Shown in pieces: positions 35,504-49,816 of a stretch of DNA of 64,000 nucleotides. Origin of the DNA: Cyanophora paradoxa CCMP329 (Eukaryota > Plantae > Glaucophyta). Where the stretch lies: assembly GCA_004431415.1 (NCBI GenBank), contig QPMI01000647.1, positions 97,888 through 161,887 of the forward strand, written 5' to 3'. Made by a program: the position numbers and the translations under genes. Every line of letters begins with the position of its first letter. Position 1 is the stretch's first letter. The notes below the pieces were generated by a model, which was given only the letters and a program-made list of their open reading frames with translations, ran no database searches and had not been told where the DNA came from.

Positions 35504-38500
35504 CTACGCGGCGGCGGGCGGCGCCTCGTCGCCCTCCAGCGACACGGCGGCCGACGACGGGGGGTACGCCCCCGCCCCCGCGCGGGCCGCCGCGGCGGCG
35601 GCCAGCGCCTCCCAGACGGGAAGCGCCGTCCCCGCGTGCTCCCGGATCCCCGTGCGAGCGACGGCCACGCCCCGCAGCGTCGAGCTGGTCGAGTCCTGCG
35701 CACGCGGATCAAATTCGCGTCTCGGATCAAATCAGGGCCCCGAGGGGGTAGGCGGTAGGCTTGCCTGGATCAAAACGGCGGCGTAGTCGCCGGGCGCCAG
35801 CTCCACCAGCGGCGCGGAGAGGTCGGTCGAGGCGGGGACGCGCCCCCCCGAGAAGGTCGTCCGCTTGTTCCCGTCCGTCCGCCCCGTGAGCATGTCCCTG
35901 TACTTGCGGTCCGGCTGGGCGGCGGCGGAGAAGAGTTAGGGGGGGGGGAGAAGGGGGCGAAGTACTGGGGAATGGCGTACCCCCTCGACGAGGACGAGCT
36001 GGATCGATCCGTGCAGCGCGCGGTTGCGGAGCTTCGCGTGCGCGTGGAACGTGAGCTGCATCTGCGCCGGTACCCCTCCTGTGAGCGGCGTAGCGGGGAA
36101 GCTTGGGCGGGGACGGGGGGGGGGGGGGGGGGGGGTGCGGACGCGCCTCGTTCACGCGGGCGCTCTTGATCTCCCAAGGGAGGTCGTCCCTGCGGGGGGT
36201 ACGTGGGCGAGCGTTATCACGGGGAGGGGTACGCGAACGTACACGTAGTTGCGGTGCGCGTGCGTCTTCTCCCGCATCGAGTACGCGAACATGAAGGCCT
36301 GCGGAAGGGGGGTACGCCGCTTAAGAAGACGGACCAAGGGGGGGAGAAGGGCGAGGGGGGTACGTGCGCGCCTGATCGTACTGGACGGCCTCGAGGAGGG
36401 ATACGGACTGCGCGTGGTCCTCGTCGGTCTCGCCTGCAAGGAGGAGGGCGGGGGGGGGGGTACAGGATCAGCGCGGGATCTGAGGCCTTGAGGACCCGAT
36501 GATCTCCCCGCGTCTGGAAGAGGGGCGCTCTCTCGAGCTGGCCCGGGGAGGGCGTGATTCTAGCCTAGCGGCTCGGTGGACGGGTGCTCTCTTATTCTTC
36601 TCCGTCCCTCTCTACGGCGGAGAGGACCTCGCACCGCAGAAGCCGGATATGAAGTCGGAGGAGATGCAGGCGCCGGTCCCCAGCTTCGCCTTGACCTCCG
36701 CGATCAGCTCCAGGTAGGCCTGCGGGCGGGCGGGGGCAAGCAAGGCCTCGTGAGAAAGGTCTCGCAAAGGACCGGCGAGGAAGAGAGATGTGCAACGTAT
36801 GTATGACGGATTTAGATGCTATACGAAGATGCTATATGTATGTAGGAACGGCGAGGAAGAGAGGACGGCGCCCGCGCTTCTTCTTCGAATTCGCACCTCG
36901 CGCGTGTAGCCGCGCCGCATGCGCTCCAGCACCGCCGAGCTCCCGCTCTGCCGCGGCCCGGGGGGTTACGACGCGGGTAAGGAGGGGAGGGATCGGGCCT
37001 TTGCGCGGGGGAAGGGGCGGGCGGGCGGGCGCGCGCGCCTGGGCGGGTATGTGCAGCTGCTTGCAGATGTTGGGGCGCGCCGCGATGACGTCCAGAAGGT
37101 CCCCTACCCCCCCACCGCCCGCCCCCCACCCCGTGTCAGCCTCGTCGGCCCGCGCGGCCCGCCCGCCCCTTCTCTCCCCTCCCCACTCGGCCCCCCCTTT
37201 GCCGCCGCCTCCCCCTCCCCACCTTCTCCACCCCCGCTCACCCGGGAAGTCCTTGGGGTGCGGGCTCGTGAAGCGGATGCGCATCTCGGGGTCGATCGCG
37301 CTCGCCTCCTCCAGCAGCTCCGCGAACCGGACCTGGGCGAGCGAGGCGGGTCAGGCTGGATCCGCGAGCCGGCTGGAGCCGCGCAAGGATCTAGCAAGGA
37401 TCTTGGAGAGGAACAGAACAGGTTGGATCAGCGGGCCAGCTGGAGCTATGCAGGGGACCCAGATGGAGAGCTAGAGCTAGAGCTAGAGCTAGAGCCCGGG
37501 GGCGGGCGGAAGAGGCGGCTTGGACGAGTTGCTGGGCGAGTTAAGAGCAGTTCGGATTCGCTTGACAGAGACCAGAGACGCACGGCGTGGGCGGGCCCCT
37601 TGGCCATGGCGCGGAAGCCCTGCCGCGGGGCGTACGCCGGGCCCGCCGGCGCCGCCCCTGCCTCCAGCGCGCTCTGGTCCGCGTAGCTGTTCACGTTCTG
37701 GCCCAGCAGCGTCACCTCACGGTACCCCTGCGGGACAGGGGGTGGGGGGGGGGGGGGGGGTTCACGGGGCGGTAAGTTATCGAAGGTGAAGGTGGGCAGG
37801 GCAGCCCGCCCGGCTCCTCTCTTGAAAGAAAGGGGAGAGTTCGTGCTCCCTCGGCTGAGCTAAGACGATCTGACAACCTACAGCTCTCTTTCGGCTCTCT
37901 GTGAGAGAACGGGAGCAGAGGTGACGGAAGGGCGCAGGAGAGAAGGGTGCGGAAGAGGCCAGGAGCGAAGGGGGCGGGGTCTGGTTCTCCCTCGGCCTTG
38001 CTAAGAGACTCTGGCAAACTAAAGCGGGCTTCTGCTCTCCGACTTCAAGCTAAGATATGCTTAATACCGGAAGCCAAGGAGAGAGGCCGAGCCACGCAAA
38101 GCGGGGCGGGCTTCGGCCCCCACCTGGTCGGAGAGGGCGCGGATCTCGTCCAGGATCGAGTCCATGGGGCGCGAGCGCTCGCGCCCGCGCGTGAAGGGCA
38201 CGATGCAGAAGCTGCACATGTTGTTGCAGCCGCGCATGATCGACCTGGGCGCGGGGCGAGGAGGAGGGGCGCCGCGGTGAGACGGGGGGAGAGGAGCATA
38301 GCTAGGGGCCGAGGCTGGGCGGGACGGGGGTACGCACACGTAAGCGGAGACGCCCCCGTCGTCCACGCGCACGGGGCTGATGTCCGCGTACGTTTCGTCC
38401 GCGCTGGAGGGGTACGTGAGAGGACGCCCGAAGGGGGTTCGGCGCAAAGCGGGGAGAGGGGAGGGGGAGGGGTACCTGAGGATCGTGTTGGCGACGGGTA

Positions 38501-39386
38501 CGCCGCCGTCCTCGACGTGCGAGACGAGGCGGGGCAGGTCGCGGTACGCGTCGGGCCCGACTACGATGTCCACCATCTTGTCGCTCTCGAGAAGCTTCGT
38601 CTTGAGTCGCTCGGCCATGCATCTGCGTATGCGGCGGGAAGGGCCGCGTCAGAAGATACGCGCGCGAGCGGCGAGGCGAGGCGAGGCGATGCGCGCGGGT
38701 GGCTCGCCCCAGGACGCCGACGATGGGCGGGCCGGTCTTCCGCCGCTCTCGCTTGATGAAACGGAAGTAGTTGAGGCGGTGCCACACCTTGTGCTCCGCG
38801 TTCTCCCGGATCGCACACGTGTTGACCAGGATCAAATTCGCCTGTCCCATAATCAGGCGCCTGGTGTGCGGGAGGGGCGCCCGCCGCGGGCCGCTAACCT
38901 CGCGCATATCATTGGTCTGCGTGAAACCGTCCGCCTTCAGAATTGAGAGGACGACCTCGCTGTCGTTTGTGTTCTGCGGGCGAGGTACGGGTGGGTGGCG
39001 GGCGAGAGCGGAGGCGCTGCTGGGGCGCAAACCATCTGGCAACCGTAGCTCTCAATGTACACTGCGGCGCGCTCGCGTCGTCAGCTCGCGCTGCGCCGCG
39101 CGCGGCAGCGCGGCGGAAGCGGAGTCGCGCCGGTTTACGGACCCTTTCGCCCGCTCGGCGACGCTTCGGGCTGTTCGAAAGAGGTACTAGCTGCCGTGCT
39201 CGCCCTCTTAACGAAGTCCCCGAGCGTGAGGCCATCGTCCGGAAGCGACGGTCGCGCAGCGGCTGTCGCTCCCGCGGGCGGGGGAGGCGGTGAGGGCGCC
39301 TCTGTTGAGAGCGCCCGCACCAGTCTGCGCGGCCTTGCGGCGGGGCGCTGAAGCGCTCCGCGGGCGGCCCGAATCGCGGCCAGCAT
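35504..39386 (-). CDS. CDK5RAP1: tRNA 2-methylthiotransferase of the MiaB/CDK5RAP1 type (UPF0004, radical SAM and TRAM domains), with an organellar transit peptide
   Basis: [10 protein letters not shown]|NTNDSE; [20 protein letters not shown]; VGVLG|CMAERLK; [16 protein letters not shown]; [25 protein letters not shown] (CxxxCxxC); [12 protein letters not shown]; [13 protein letters not shown]; HIPAQ|[14 protein letters not shown]; [10 protein letters not shown]|ETDEDH; [16 protein letters not shown]; GRTDGNKR; PGDYAAV. Stop at 35504-35506. Confidence 0.97.
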
Positions 39387-40591
39387 CGCGCGGTAGGTCC
39401 CGATCTGTGCTCGCCCGAAACAGCTGGCGAACGTAGCCGCTTGGCTCTGCTGGCAGCGGCCGGCCGGTGGGGGGCCACTGCAGCTGGGGGACCGTGGGCG
39501 CACTGGGGGCTCAATCCCGGGTACGCGTGGCGAGCGGATCAAATTCACAGGCAACCCGCCGGCCAGTTGACGCAGCGGCCAATGCAATATACCTTGCACG
39601 CGTGTGCCAAGATCTAGAGCAGCCGCGCGCGCACGCCCAGAGGCAGACCGCGTCTACGATATCGATCCGGATCCGGCCCGCGCTCGCCCGCCGGCGGCGT
39701 GTGACTCTCGAGCTCTGCCGCAGTGCGAGGCCCGGCGACGCCCGCTTCAGCGCAGCGACTTTCTCGGCCTGAAGCAAACGTTCAAGCCGCAGTCTGGACA
39801 ACCGACGCAACGCGTGCGGGTGACCCCGGCGTGTATGGCAGCAGCTGAGCGCCCCGCGTGCGGCGCCAGCGGATAATCGCAAGGACCTTCCGCTTGTCTT
39901 TATCCTGCGAGGCAACTCTAGATCTGAGCACCTAGGCTGCTTGCCAGGCCTAGCTATAGCTACAGCTAGGGGGGCACGGTTCGGGCCGCACCGGCAAGTG
40001 GGTTGCAATTGAGGTCCTCGGCTTCGATCAAGTCCGCCCGGCCATCGCTGCGCGGAGTCAGGACGCGGGTCTCCGAGCTCGCCGCCCCCGGCCCACTGCG
40101 AACGCATCGTCACGGCGCCGGCGTGGTAGCTATAGCGCTGAGCCCGAGGAGAGCGATAGCTACCTGCAGCATCCGATCCGGGAGAAGAACGTAGCATCCG
40201 ATCTAGCGGCGAACTTAGCTCGTTCGACGGTCCTTTTTCTGGTTCTCGTTCGACCGGTGGCGGTTTGAGCTGCAGATCGGCTGCGAGCCATGCGCTCGAG
40301 ACGCATGCACGACTCAGCAGCACGAGAGTGCATGCGGCGCTGCGCGCCGCTGCGGAGAGGAAGGTTGCGAAGAAAATGTGCGCGCATTGACGAAAGGGGT
40401 ACAGTCACAATTGAATTGACGAAGAAGCAGTCAGTCCCCCAACGGCGAGCGACCGCAGCGGCTTGCACGACGCTGATCGCTCTGGATTCGACGAGGGGAT
40501 CGACCCCGCGCGCCGTGCGGGGTCAGGTTTCGTAGGATATGGGCACCTAGTCAGCCACAATCAGGCGCAAGCTTAGCAGCCGTCCACGAAG

Positions 40592-43500
40592 ATGTTGGCG
40601 GCTCTTCTGCCGGCGGAGGTACAGCTCTTTCAGTTGCCTCCGCGCCGGGGTTGGGCTTGCGGACGATCGCTGGGGCCTAAGAGGGGGAGGGGGCGGGCCG
40701 CCGCCCGCGGAAACGCGCTGTTTCCATCGCACGCATCACTTAACAGAAGTAATTGCGGTCGGGCCGCCGCCTGACCTGCCCGGCGCAGGTCGCCCTCCTC
40801 CATTGCAACGAGGGGTCGGCGGGTCTCAGCCTCGCCTCCGATGTCTTTGGTGGCTGCGTGATCAGTTGTGATCTCACGGGCTTTACGGGTGAGTAGTGCA
40901 CGGCCGAGCTCCTAGCCGCGCTCCCACGAAAAGCCCATCGCGCCTCTTTGCTGGCTCACGGGCGGCCCGCAGCGCTCACCAGCGAGTATCAACAAGCTGG
41001 CGATGCCGGAGTCGAGGCGCTGCAGCGAAGTGCGCCGCCGCCCGGCGCGCCGCTTTCGCTTCTCTTGGCCGACGCGATGCCGCCGCGCAGTCCTCAACAC
41101 GTTCTTCCAAGAGCAGATCGGAGTGCTGACGAAGTACGGAGCCGATGTGGTCAGCGCCTCCGCCGCTCACCGCCCGCGCCGCCCGCGCCGCGCGCGTCCG
41201 ACCCGGGCGGCAGGTCGGCATCCTCGGGGATTGCGTCCTGGGGCTCTTCCGGGCGTGCGGGCAGGACGACCGGGGATCCGGGTGCAGGAGGTGCAAGAAC
41301 GCGCACAGCGAGATCTGCCGGCAGTCCCTGAAGCACGTGACGCTGCGGGCGGCGCGATGCGCGCTGGAGCTGCAGGCGCGGCCGCCCCGCGCGCCCTGCC
41401 GCCGCCGCCGCTCATGCGCGCGCCCCGCAGACGCGCATTGAATCGCTTGAGGTGGACGGCGTCCGGCTGCGCGTGAAGGTCGCCATCGGGGCCGGCCGCG
41501 TGATGGCATTCCACGGCGGCACCGCAGCCGGCCTCCCCCTCGTGGACGCAGCCTACGCCGCGCTCCCCTCGCACCGCTCCCTCGCGTACTTCATCACGGG
41601 CCCGGCGGTGGACCAGGTCGCCCAGCTCAAGGCGCGCCCCAACGAGGTCGTGCTCTCCGACGCGGCGATGGACCTGGTGGGTCCCTGGATCTCCCACCGC
41701 CCCCCCTCGGACCCGTGCCCCGGAAGCCTCGTCACCGCCGTCCTCACCGAGTTCTTCTCCGCCCTGCCCGGTACCCCCCTCTCTAAGAAGACGACGCCCT
41801 CTCTAAGACGACGCCTCAGGGGACGAGGCGCTGCCCGAGGAGGTGAAGGACCACCTGGATCACTTTGCAAGGGAGCTGGCCGAGGTGGAGGAGCGGCTCA
41901 ACCCGCCCATCGAGAACGCCCTCCTGCACTGTGCGCCCTTAGAGCCCTCAGCTGAGAGCTAGCCCTCGGCCGTTCGCCCTCCGCTGAGAGCCCATCGCAG
42001 ACGTCCCGGCGCCCGTGCGGTCGCTGCTCAAGCTCCGCTTTATGGACGAGACCTCGCTGGAGGAGACGGGCGGCGAGGCGGACCTGTCCGCCCTCGCCGC
42101 CCTGGGCGGCGGCGCCGGCGGCGGCGCGGGGGACGCGACCTTCCGACGGCGCCGCAAGAGCGTGGCGGGGATCAATGGATTCGCGGGGATAACGTCCGGC
42201 CCCGCGAACGACCGGCGCCGGAGCGAGAGCACGGCGGAGCCGCAGCCGCTGGTGCTCTCGCCTGCCTCGGACAGCCCCATACTCTCGGCCATGGCGGAGG
42301 CCCGCGCCGCCGCGGCGCGCTCGGGCGCCGCGCCCGTCTCGCTCCCGGGGACCGTCGGGGGCGGCCCGCCGGGGTCGCCCCCTCCCAGCCACCACCACCA
42401 GCCGGCGTCGGCCGGGACCGACATGGTAACCCAGGCATCGGGCGGCTCAGGCTCCAGCTCGGCCGTGGTGCCCCGGCCCCGGCGCAAGTCCATATCCCTC
42501 TCGGTCTCTGTGGACGCGCCCCCCGCCCGCCGCGGCTCCCTAAAGGACGACCCGTGGGGCGGGGGCGCCGTCATGGTCCCCAGCTCCCCCGCGCCCCGCC
42601 CCTCCAGCCCGACCGGCTCCGAGCCGAGCCCCGTCGAGTACCGCGGGCGGCGCGTCTCCGTGGAGGAGCCGCCGGCCCGCGGACCCGGCGGCGGACCCGG
42701 CGCCACGTCCTCGGCCCCCGCGCCCCTCCGCCAGGCCTTCTTCCCGTCCTCGCCGCAGCTCCAGGCCTCGACGGCGCACCCCTTCGGCCGCCCCCCGCCC
42801 GCCCTCGAGCAGCAGCAGCAGCTGCTGCAGGCCCCCGGCTCGCCGGCCCCCTCCCACCACCACCCGGACTCGGCCCGCTCCTTCAACGCAGGCCACGTAG
42901 CCAGCCTCTCCTCCCGCATCAAGACCTCGATCTTCCCCTCCTCCCCCGCCGTCTCCCCGGCCTCCCCCTCCACCCCCTCCGCCTCCTTCGGGCCGGGGCA
43001 GCCCCCGCCGATGTCCGGCCTCGCCCCGGCCGCCCCCATGCGGAACCGGTCCCGCTCGGTTTCGATCCTGGAGCCGCCGGCGGCGCACGCAGACGGGCCT
43101 TCAGACGAGGAGCCGAAGAACTCGCGCTCGTCCCGCGTCCGGCGGCAGTCCGGCGAGGGGTACGGGCACGGGCACGGGCACGGCCCCGACGCGGGGGGGT
43201 ACGGCGCCGGTCACTCGCTGGGCCCCCCCGCGGACTTCAGCGCCGTCCGCATGAGCCACGGGAGCCAGTCCTCGGCGGCGGCGGCCGCCCACGGGGGCAC
43301 CCTCTCCGCCCCCAACTCGACCCGCAGCGCCCGGCGCCCCTCCATCTTCTCCCGCGCCTCCTCCGCCATCACCGCCCAGGCGCCCCCGGCCCCATGCCGC
43401 GTCATTTCGGTACCTTCCTGACGATTCCCAACCCCCCCCCCTCTGCAGCGCGCCGTGTGGCTCTCCGAGTTTCGAACCGTCTCCGTCGTCTTCGCGAAGG

Positions 43501-46500
43501 TGCCGTACCCCTCTTTCCATCCCGCCCCGCGCGGGGGGTACGGTGTCGGACACCTTTGATCCGCGTACCCCAGATGGACCTGGACTTCAAATTCGACGGC
43601 GAGAAGAACGGGGCGCTGGGACTCCGCGTCGACGGGCGGCCCGCCAGCGCCGCGGACCTGTCGCTGGTGCGTACCCCCCTCCCGTTCTGCTCCCCCCCCA
43701 TCCCCCGGCGTGCCGCCCCGTCTCACCGGTACCCCCGCAGCTCTTCCAGCGCGTGCTGGTCGCCGGCCAGGCCGAAGTCTTCAACAACTCCGGGTACGCG
43801 ATTCCGTCCGGGGTACACCTCCCCCGGCCCCAGCTGAGCGTTCGTGCCCGTGCAGTACGATGCGCCAGTTCATCCAGGACGACAAGGTACCCCCCTGCCC
43901 CCCTCCGCCCCCCGCGCTCCCGCCCCCCGGATCGGCCGCGAGCGTACCCCCCAGGGCGACATCGTGCTCCTGGCGATCTTTGGGCTACCCCCCGCCTCCT
44001 CGGAGGATGACCCTCTACACGCTTTCAAGGCCGCTCTCGACCTCTCCTCCCGCCTAACCGCCCTCCAAGTACCCTCCCACGTGCGTACCCCCCCTCCATT
44101 CGGTCCACCCGCCTTTCCGCCCGCCTTACGGGGGTAAGCAGATTTCGGTGACGACGGGACGGGCCTTCTGCTCGCTCATTGGCGACGTGCACTCGCGCTG
44201 CGAGTACGCCGTCCTCGGCGCCGTGGTCAACCTGGCGGCGCGCATCATGGTACGCCTCGGAGACCGAATCGCACCGGACGGGGTTCGAACCCGCGCTCGC
44301 GCGCGCGCAGCAAAAGGCGCCCAACGGAGAGGTCCTGGTGGACGAGGCGACGCGCGGCTGCCTCTCCACTCGCGTCCAGATGGAGCAGGCGAGCGAGCTA
44401 GGGCGGTTGCCTGCTTGTTTGATTGCGTGTCTCTGTCTGACCGACTGTCTGTCAGGCCGGGGAGATGGTCCTGAAGGGCCTCCAGGGTACGGTGAAGACG
44501 TACCGCGTCAAGGGCGGCGCGGGATTCGAGGCGGCGCCGCCGTCTGACACTGAGTCGCCGAGCCGGGGGCTACCGCGCTCGGCGAGCGGGAAGCTGCCCC
44601 GCTCCAACTCGGCCCACCTGAAGCGGGCGCTGAGCCGGGCCTCGTCCATACGGCGGGACTCGGTCGGTCATTCCTCGGCGGAGGGTGGCGGCGGCGGGCC
44701 GGGGGCCGAGGCGGGCCCCTCCAGCGGCCTCTCCCCGACCCAGTCCCCTTCCGCGAGCCGCGGGCAGTCGCCCTCGCGGGGGCAGTCGCCCAACGGCGAC
44801 GGCGACACAGGCGAACAGTCGTTCGAAGACGACGGGTCTGCGGGCGAGGGCGAGGGCGAGGGCGCCGGCCGGCGGCGGCGCGCCGGCGGAGGCGGCGGGT
44901 TCCGCCAGCAGCTCGTGGGGCGCGCCTACGAGCGCCGCTTCTTCGCGCAGCGGGTGGACACCCTCATGGGCCGCACGTCCCTCGCCGCCTCCGCGGCCGA
45001 CACGCCCCGCGATCCGGCGGAGGCGGCCGCGAAAGGCGGCGGCGTCCTCATCGTCGAGGCGGAGGCCGGGCACGGCAAGACCATGCTCGTCGGCGCGTTG
45101 TTCTTCTTATTATTCTTTTTACGGCTCTTAACTTTCTTTCTTCATCAGAGGACTTCATCGCGACGGCGCGGGCCGAGGGCCTGCGCGTCGTCCTCTCGCG
45201 CTGCTCCTTCTTCCGCGCCTCTACCCCCCTCTACGCCTGGCGCTCGGTCGTTCTCCAGCTCCTCGGGCTGACGGAGGCTGACATGAAGGCGCTGGCGCCG
45301 GCGCTGGGCGCCGCGGAGGGCGCGGAGGCCTCGCCGCACGCGGCGGCCGAGGCGCCCTCGGACTTTCCGTCCCGGGTCGAGTCGCGCATGTCGATGAAGT
45401 CGTTCAGCGGGGAGGAGGGCGAGGCGGGGGCCCGCCCCACGGGGGTACGCAAGCCGGCCTCCAACGGCTCGGCCGGCGCCGGCGTACGCTCGCGTTCGCG
45501 CCTCCCGAGGCCGGCGCAGGCGACGGGGCCGGGGCCGGGGTCGGGGCCGGGGACCGGGTCGGCGACGCCCCACTCCCCCCACACGCCCCACGCGCCCCAC
45601 GCGCACCTCCCGCCCCACATACCCGGTCACGTCGTCTCCCCCCCCATGACCCGCTCCCAGTCCTTCGTCACCGGCGCCGACGGGACGATCCCGGCGCCCG
45701 GCGCTGCCGCCGCGGGCGCCGGGGCGAAGCGGCCGCCGAACATCCGCCGAATCACCTCCCTCAACATGAGCAACCTGCTCGCCTCGCGGACCAACGCGGC
45801 GAACAACTCGAGGGCCGGGGTGGCCTTCGCGGCGCCGGCGCCGGCGCCGGCGCCGCTCATCTCCGTCGCCCCGCAGTCGCCGCCGCCCTCGTCGCCCCGC
45901 CTCCTGGACGCGCCCATCTCGCCCACGGCCGCCGCCGGCGCCGCCGGCGGTGGCGCCGCCCGCGGGACCGTCGCCTTCCTCGCGCCGCACCTCGTGGCTG
46001 AAGACCGCGTCTCGTCTTTCTCCGGCTCAGTGGCCGGCTCCGGGGCCGGGAGCGGCGGGGGCGGGAGCCAGCCCGGTGTACCCTCGGGCATCCAGGGCGC
46101 CCTCCGCAAGGTCATCGACTCGATCGCCGGGTACGCCGTTCGCCCGTCGCTCGTTCGTTCGTACCCCGGCGAGTCGCCTGACCCTCCTCCTTCTTCCTCC
46201 TCCGCCAGGAACGGCGCCGGCATCGCCGAAGCGGATAAGGTCAAGCTGGCGGCCCTGGTGCGCAGTGAAGCTGCCTCAGTTCCGTCGGAGGAACGTTCGC
46301 CCAGGCGGACGTTCCGTTGAAGCCTCTTTAGTTCCTTCTTTTAGACGCTTCTAAGCTTCTAAGCTTCTTTTTAGTTCTCTCAAGTTTCTAACTTCGTTCG
46401 CGCCAGGTGAACGACATCCTCCCGACGGCGGGCGTCGAGGACGGGGCCGGGGGCGGCGAGGGCGGGGCGGGCAAGGCGGCTCTCGACGGCGCCCGGCGGC

Positions 46501-49500
46501 GCGACCAGCAGCACCTCCTCCTCATCGACCTCCTGCGCCGGGTACGCGCGGCCGGGCCGGGTTATGTAATTTAGGTCCTATAATCAAGGCCCCGGGCCCC
46601 GGGACCCTCCTTCCTTCCTAGGGTATAGATATATTATCCTCGGTTGATTAGAAGGTCCTAGGCCGATCGACCTCCTTCGGCGGGTGCGTCCGGCCGGGCC
46701 GGGCCGGGCCGGGCGTCTGTCGCGCAGCCGGGTTACGTTATTTAGGTCTTATAACAATAAAGGCCCCGTTATTTAGGTCTTATAACAATAAAGGCCCCGC
46801 ACCGCGCGCCCCGGGCCACTCCTTCCCCCGCCCCCTTCCTTCCTTCGTGTTATGACCCCGCTCGTCCCGCCCCCCGCTCCAGGCCGTCAAGCACCAGCCA
46901 ACCGTGCTCGTGTTCGAGGACGCGCACTGGTACCCCCTTCTTCTTCTTCGTCATGTACCCCCCTTTCTTCTTGCCTGACCGCCGCGCGCCCGCCCGCAGG
47001 GCGGACTCTGCGTCGTGGGGCGCCATCAACGCCCTTGCGCACGCGCGCGTCCCGGGGCTCCTCACGGTAGCGTACCCCTACCCCGCCAGCTCAGATCTGA
47101 TCTGATCCGATCCGATCTGACCTCCTTTGCTCTAGGTGATCACGATGCGGCCGACGGACCTCCCGCCCGGCTCGATCGTGGATCGCGTGGTGGACGCCCC
47201 AGGAACGACCGTCCTCGAGCTCTCCCCGCTCGCCGCGGTCCGTTTCTTCCTTTCCTCTCCTTTCCATTCCTTTCTAACGCCCATTCCAGCCCGAGATCGC
47301 CGACCTCGTGGCCTCACTCCTGGGCATCCCCATCGCGGACTCCTCGCACGCCCCGGGGGGCGACGGCCTCGCGCTCGCCGCCGCCGCACCGACGGACCGC
47401 GCCTTCAGCCCCGCGCTGCCCTCCGGCGAGGACGTCGTACCCCACGAGCTCGTCTCCTTCCTAGCGACGCACACGGCCGGCCTCCCCTTCTTCGCCTCCC
47501 AGGTACCTCGGCTAAATTTAGAAACAGCCGAGACGGAAATAGCTCATGCGGGGGGTACGTACGCGCGCGCAGGTCATCCTCTGGTTCCTCGAGCGCGAGC
47601 TGCTCACCGTCGAGGGCGGCCGGTGCGCCTGTACCCCTGCCCCCCAACCCCTCCGCGACATCCGAACCCCCTCACCCTCTCTTCCCCCCCGCAGGGTCAT
47701 CCTCTCCTGCGACCTGGGCTCCGAGGAGGTACTCGCGGGGATCCGCAGGTCCGCCTGCCCGCCCTACCCGCCGTACTTGAAGAAGAAAGAGCGCTAAAAA
47801 CGCTAGATAGAGCGTCCTAGAACGCCTTGAAGGGCCTTAGAGGGCCCCGCCCCGCCCTGCCGTCGAAGTAAACAAAGAAGCTATCGCTTAGAACGCTAGC
47901 TAGGCTGACCCGACTCGCTTGGTTCCCCGCACCACCCGACTTGTCGACCCGGCGGGAGCTGACCGCCCGCCCCGCCCCGCCCCGCCCCCCGCAGCGAGTC
48001 GGACTCTGTAAACCGCATCATCTGCTCCCGCATCGACCGCCTCGACCCCTCCGCCCAGTCGGTGCGCGCGGCGGGGCGAAGCTTCAACCCCCCCCTCCCC
48101 CACGCCCCCCCCTCACCCCCGCCTCCCTCTTTTTCGGCGCAGTCGCTGAAGGTGGCCTCCGTCTGCGGCCTCGTCTTCTCCGAGTTCATGGTCCGCCCCC
48201 CCCCCCCCCCCCCCCCCCCCCCGGCGCGCGGGCGCGCGCGAGTCAGCTAGCTAGCTCCGCCCGTCCCCTAGCCAGCTGGGGAGATGGGGGTAGCTAGCGA
48301 GCCAGCGCACCAGCTAGCTGGCGAACTAGCTAGCTCCGCCCGTCCCAGCTTGGCCATACCCGCGCCCCGCCCCACCCGCCCCGCCCCGCCCAGCCAACTG
48401 CTCTAGCCAGCTAGCGAGACCCGCGCCCCGCCCCCCGCCCCCGCCCCCGCCCCACTCACCCCTCCCCCCCCCCCCCCCCCCCCCCCAGCTGGACGCGGTG
48501 ATGCCGGCGGAGCTGCAGCCGGTGGACGTCGGCGAGGCGCTCGCCACCCTCGAGGACCTCGGCTTCATCCGCAGGTCCGCCCGCCCCGCCCCGCCCCGCC
48601 CGCCAGGCTAGGGGGGGGTGGAGGCCTGTAGCGTGGGGGGCCTTGGCTTGGCTCTGGAGCCCCCCTCTTAGCCTTGATCTTGGGGGCCCCCGGGCGGGAG
48701 GACCTCGGCCTCATACGCAGGCCCGTCCGGGCTGGAGGCCTTTGGAGGCCCCTCTCTTAGCCGTGATCTCCAGGGCCGGGGGGGATCCGGAGGGCTCTCG
48801 AAGACCCGAGGGGGGGCGGGCGCCCCCGGGCGGGAGGGGGGAGGAAGCCAAGCTCACGGGGGTACCGGCAGCGTGGAGCACGCGGAGCTGGGGCTGGACG
48901 CGACGAGCGACGACGTCGTCTGGGCCTTCTCCCACAACCTCATCCGGTGCGCCCCCGCCCCCCGCCCCGCGCCCCAGATCGAAAGATAGAAAGATAGATG
49001 GAAAGATATGGACAACGTCGACATCGCCCCCCGCGCGCCCGCCCGCTCTGACTGACCCCTTCTTCCCCCCCTCGCGCAGGGACGTGGCATACTCGCTGAT
49101 CACCTTCGCGCTCCGCTGCACGCTACACAACCGCGTCGCATACTACTACGAGGTCCGCCCGCCTTCATCTTATTGCATCCGACGCGCAGCTTTCTTCCTC
49201 CGTCGTATAAGCGGGCCTAACGCGCGGGGCGCCTCTCGCAGGAGATGTACTGCGCGAACCTGGCGCCCTTCTACCCCCTCATCGCCTCCCACTTCGTCAA
49301 CGCCAAGAACGTCGACAAGGTACCCCTGCGCGGCCTTGCCTTGTCTTATAAGCTGAACTAGCCGAGGCGCCCCTCTTCTCGACCCGATCTGACACATCTG
49401 ACACATCTGACCGATCTGAACTCGCTCCCTCCCCCCCGCCAGGCGATCGAGTTCCTGGAGAAGTCGGGCGAGCAGGCGGACCAGGTCATGGCCACGCAGG

Positions 49501-49779
49501 AGACCGTCTACTTCTACACCAAGGTTCCAGCCTCGTTGTTCCCTAATTCTTGTTCTCCTCTCTTATTCTTGTTCCCGAAGCTCCTGGACCTTTCGGGGGC
49601 GAACCCCGGCGCCGCCACGAGCGTCCAGCGCGCCTGCTGGTGCGCCAGGCCTCTCTCAGTCCGCTCTATGTACGTGTGTATGTATGTCTCATCTTCGGCC
49701 CCGCAGGCACCGGCGCCTGGGCGACGTCTACCACTTCACGAAGCAGCCGGGGATCGCCGCCGGCCACTTCCGCAAGGTC

Positions 49780-49816
<37 letters not shown>

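Noticed and set aside
39511-40323. 270-aa minus-strand ORF between MiaB and the cyclase
   Set aside because: No recognisable domain or supported exon structure. It may be UTR or promoter sequence.
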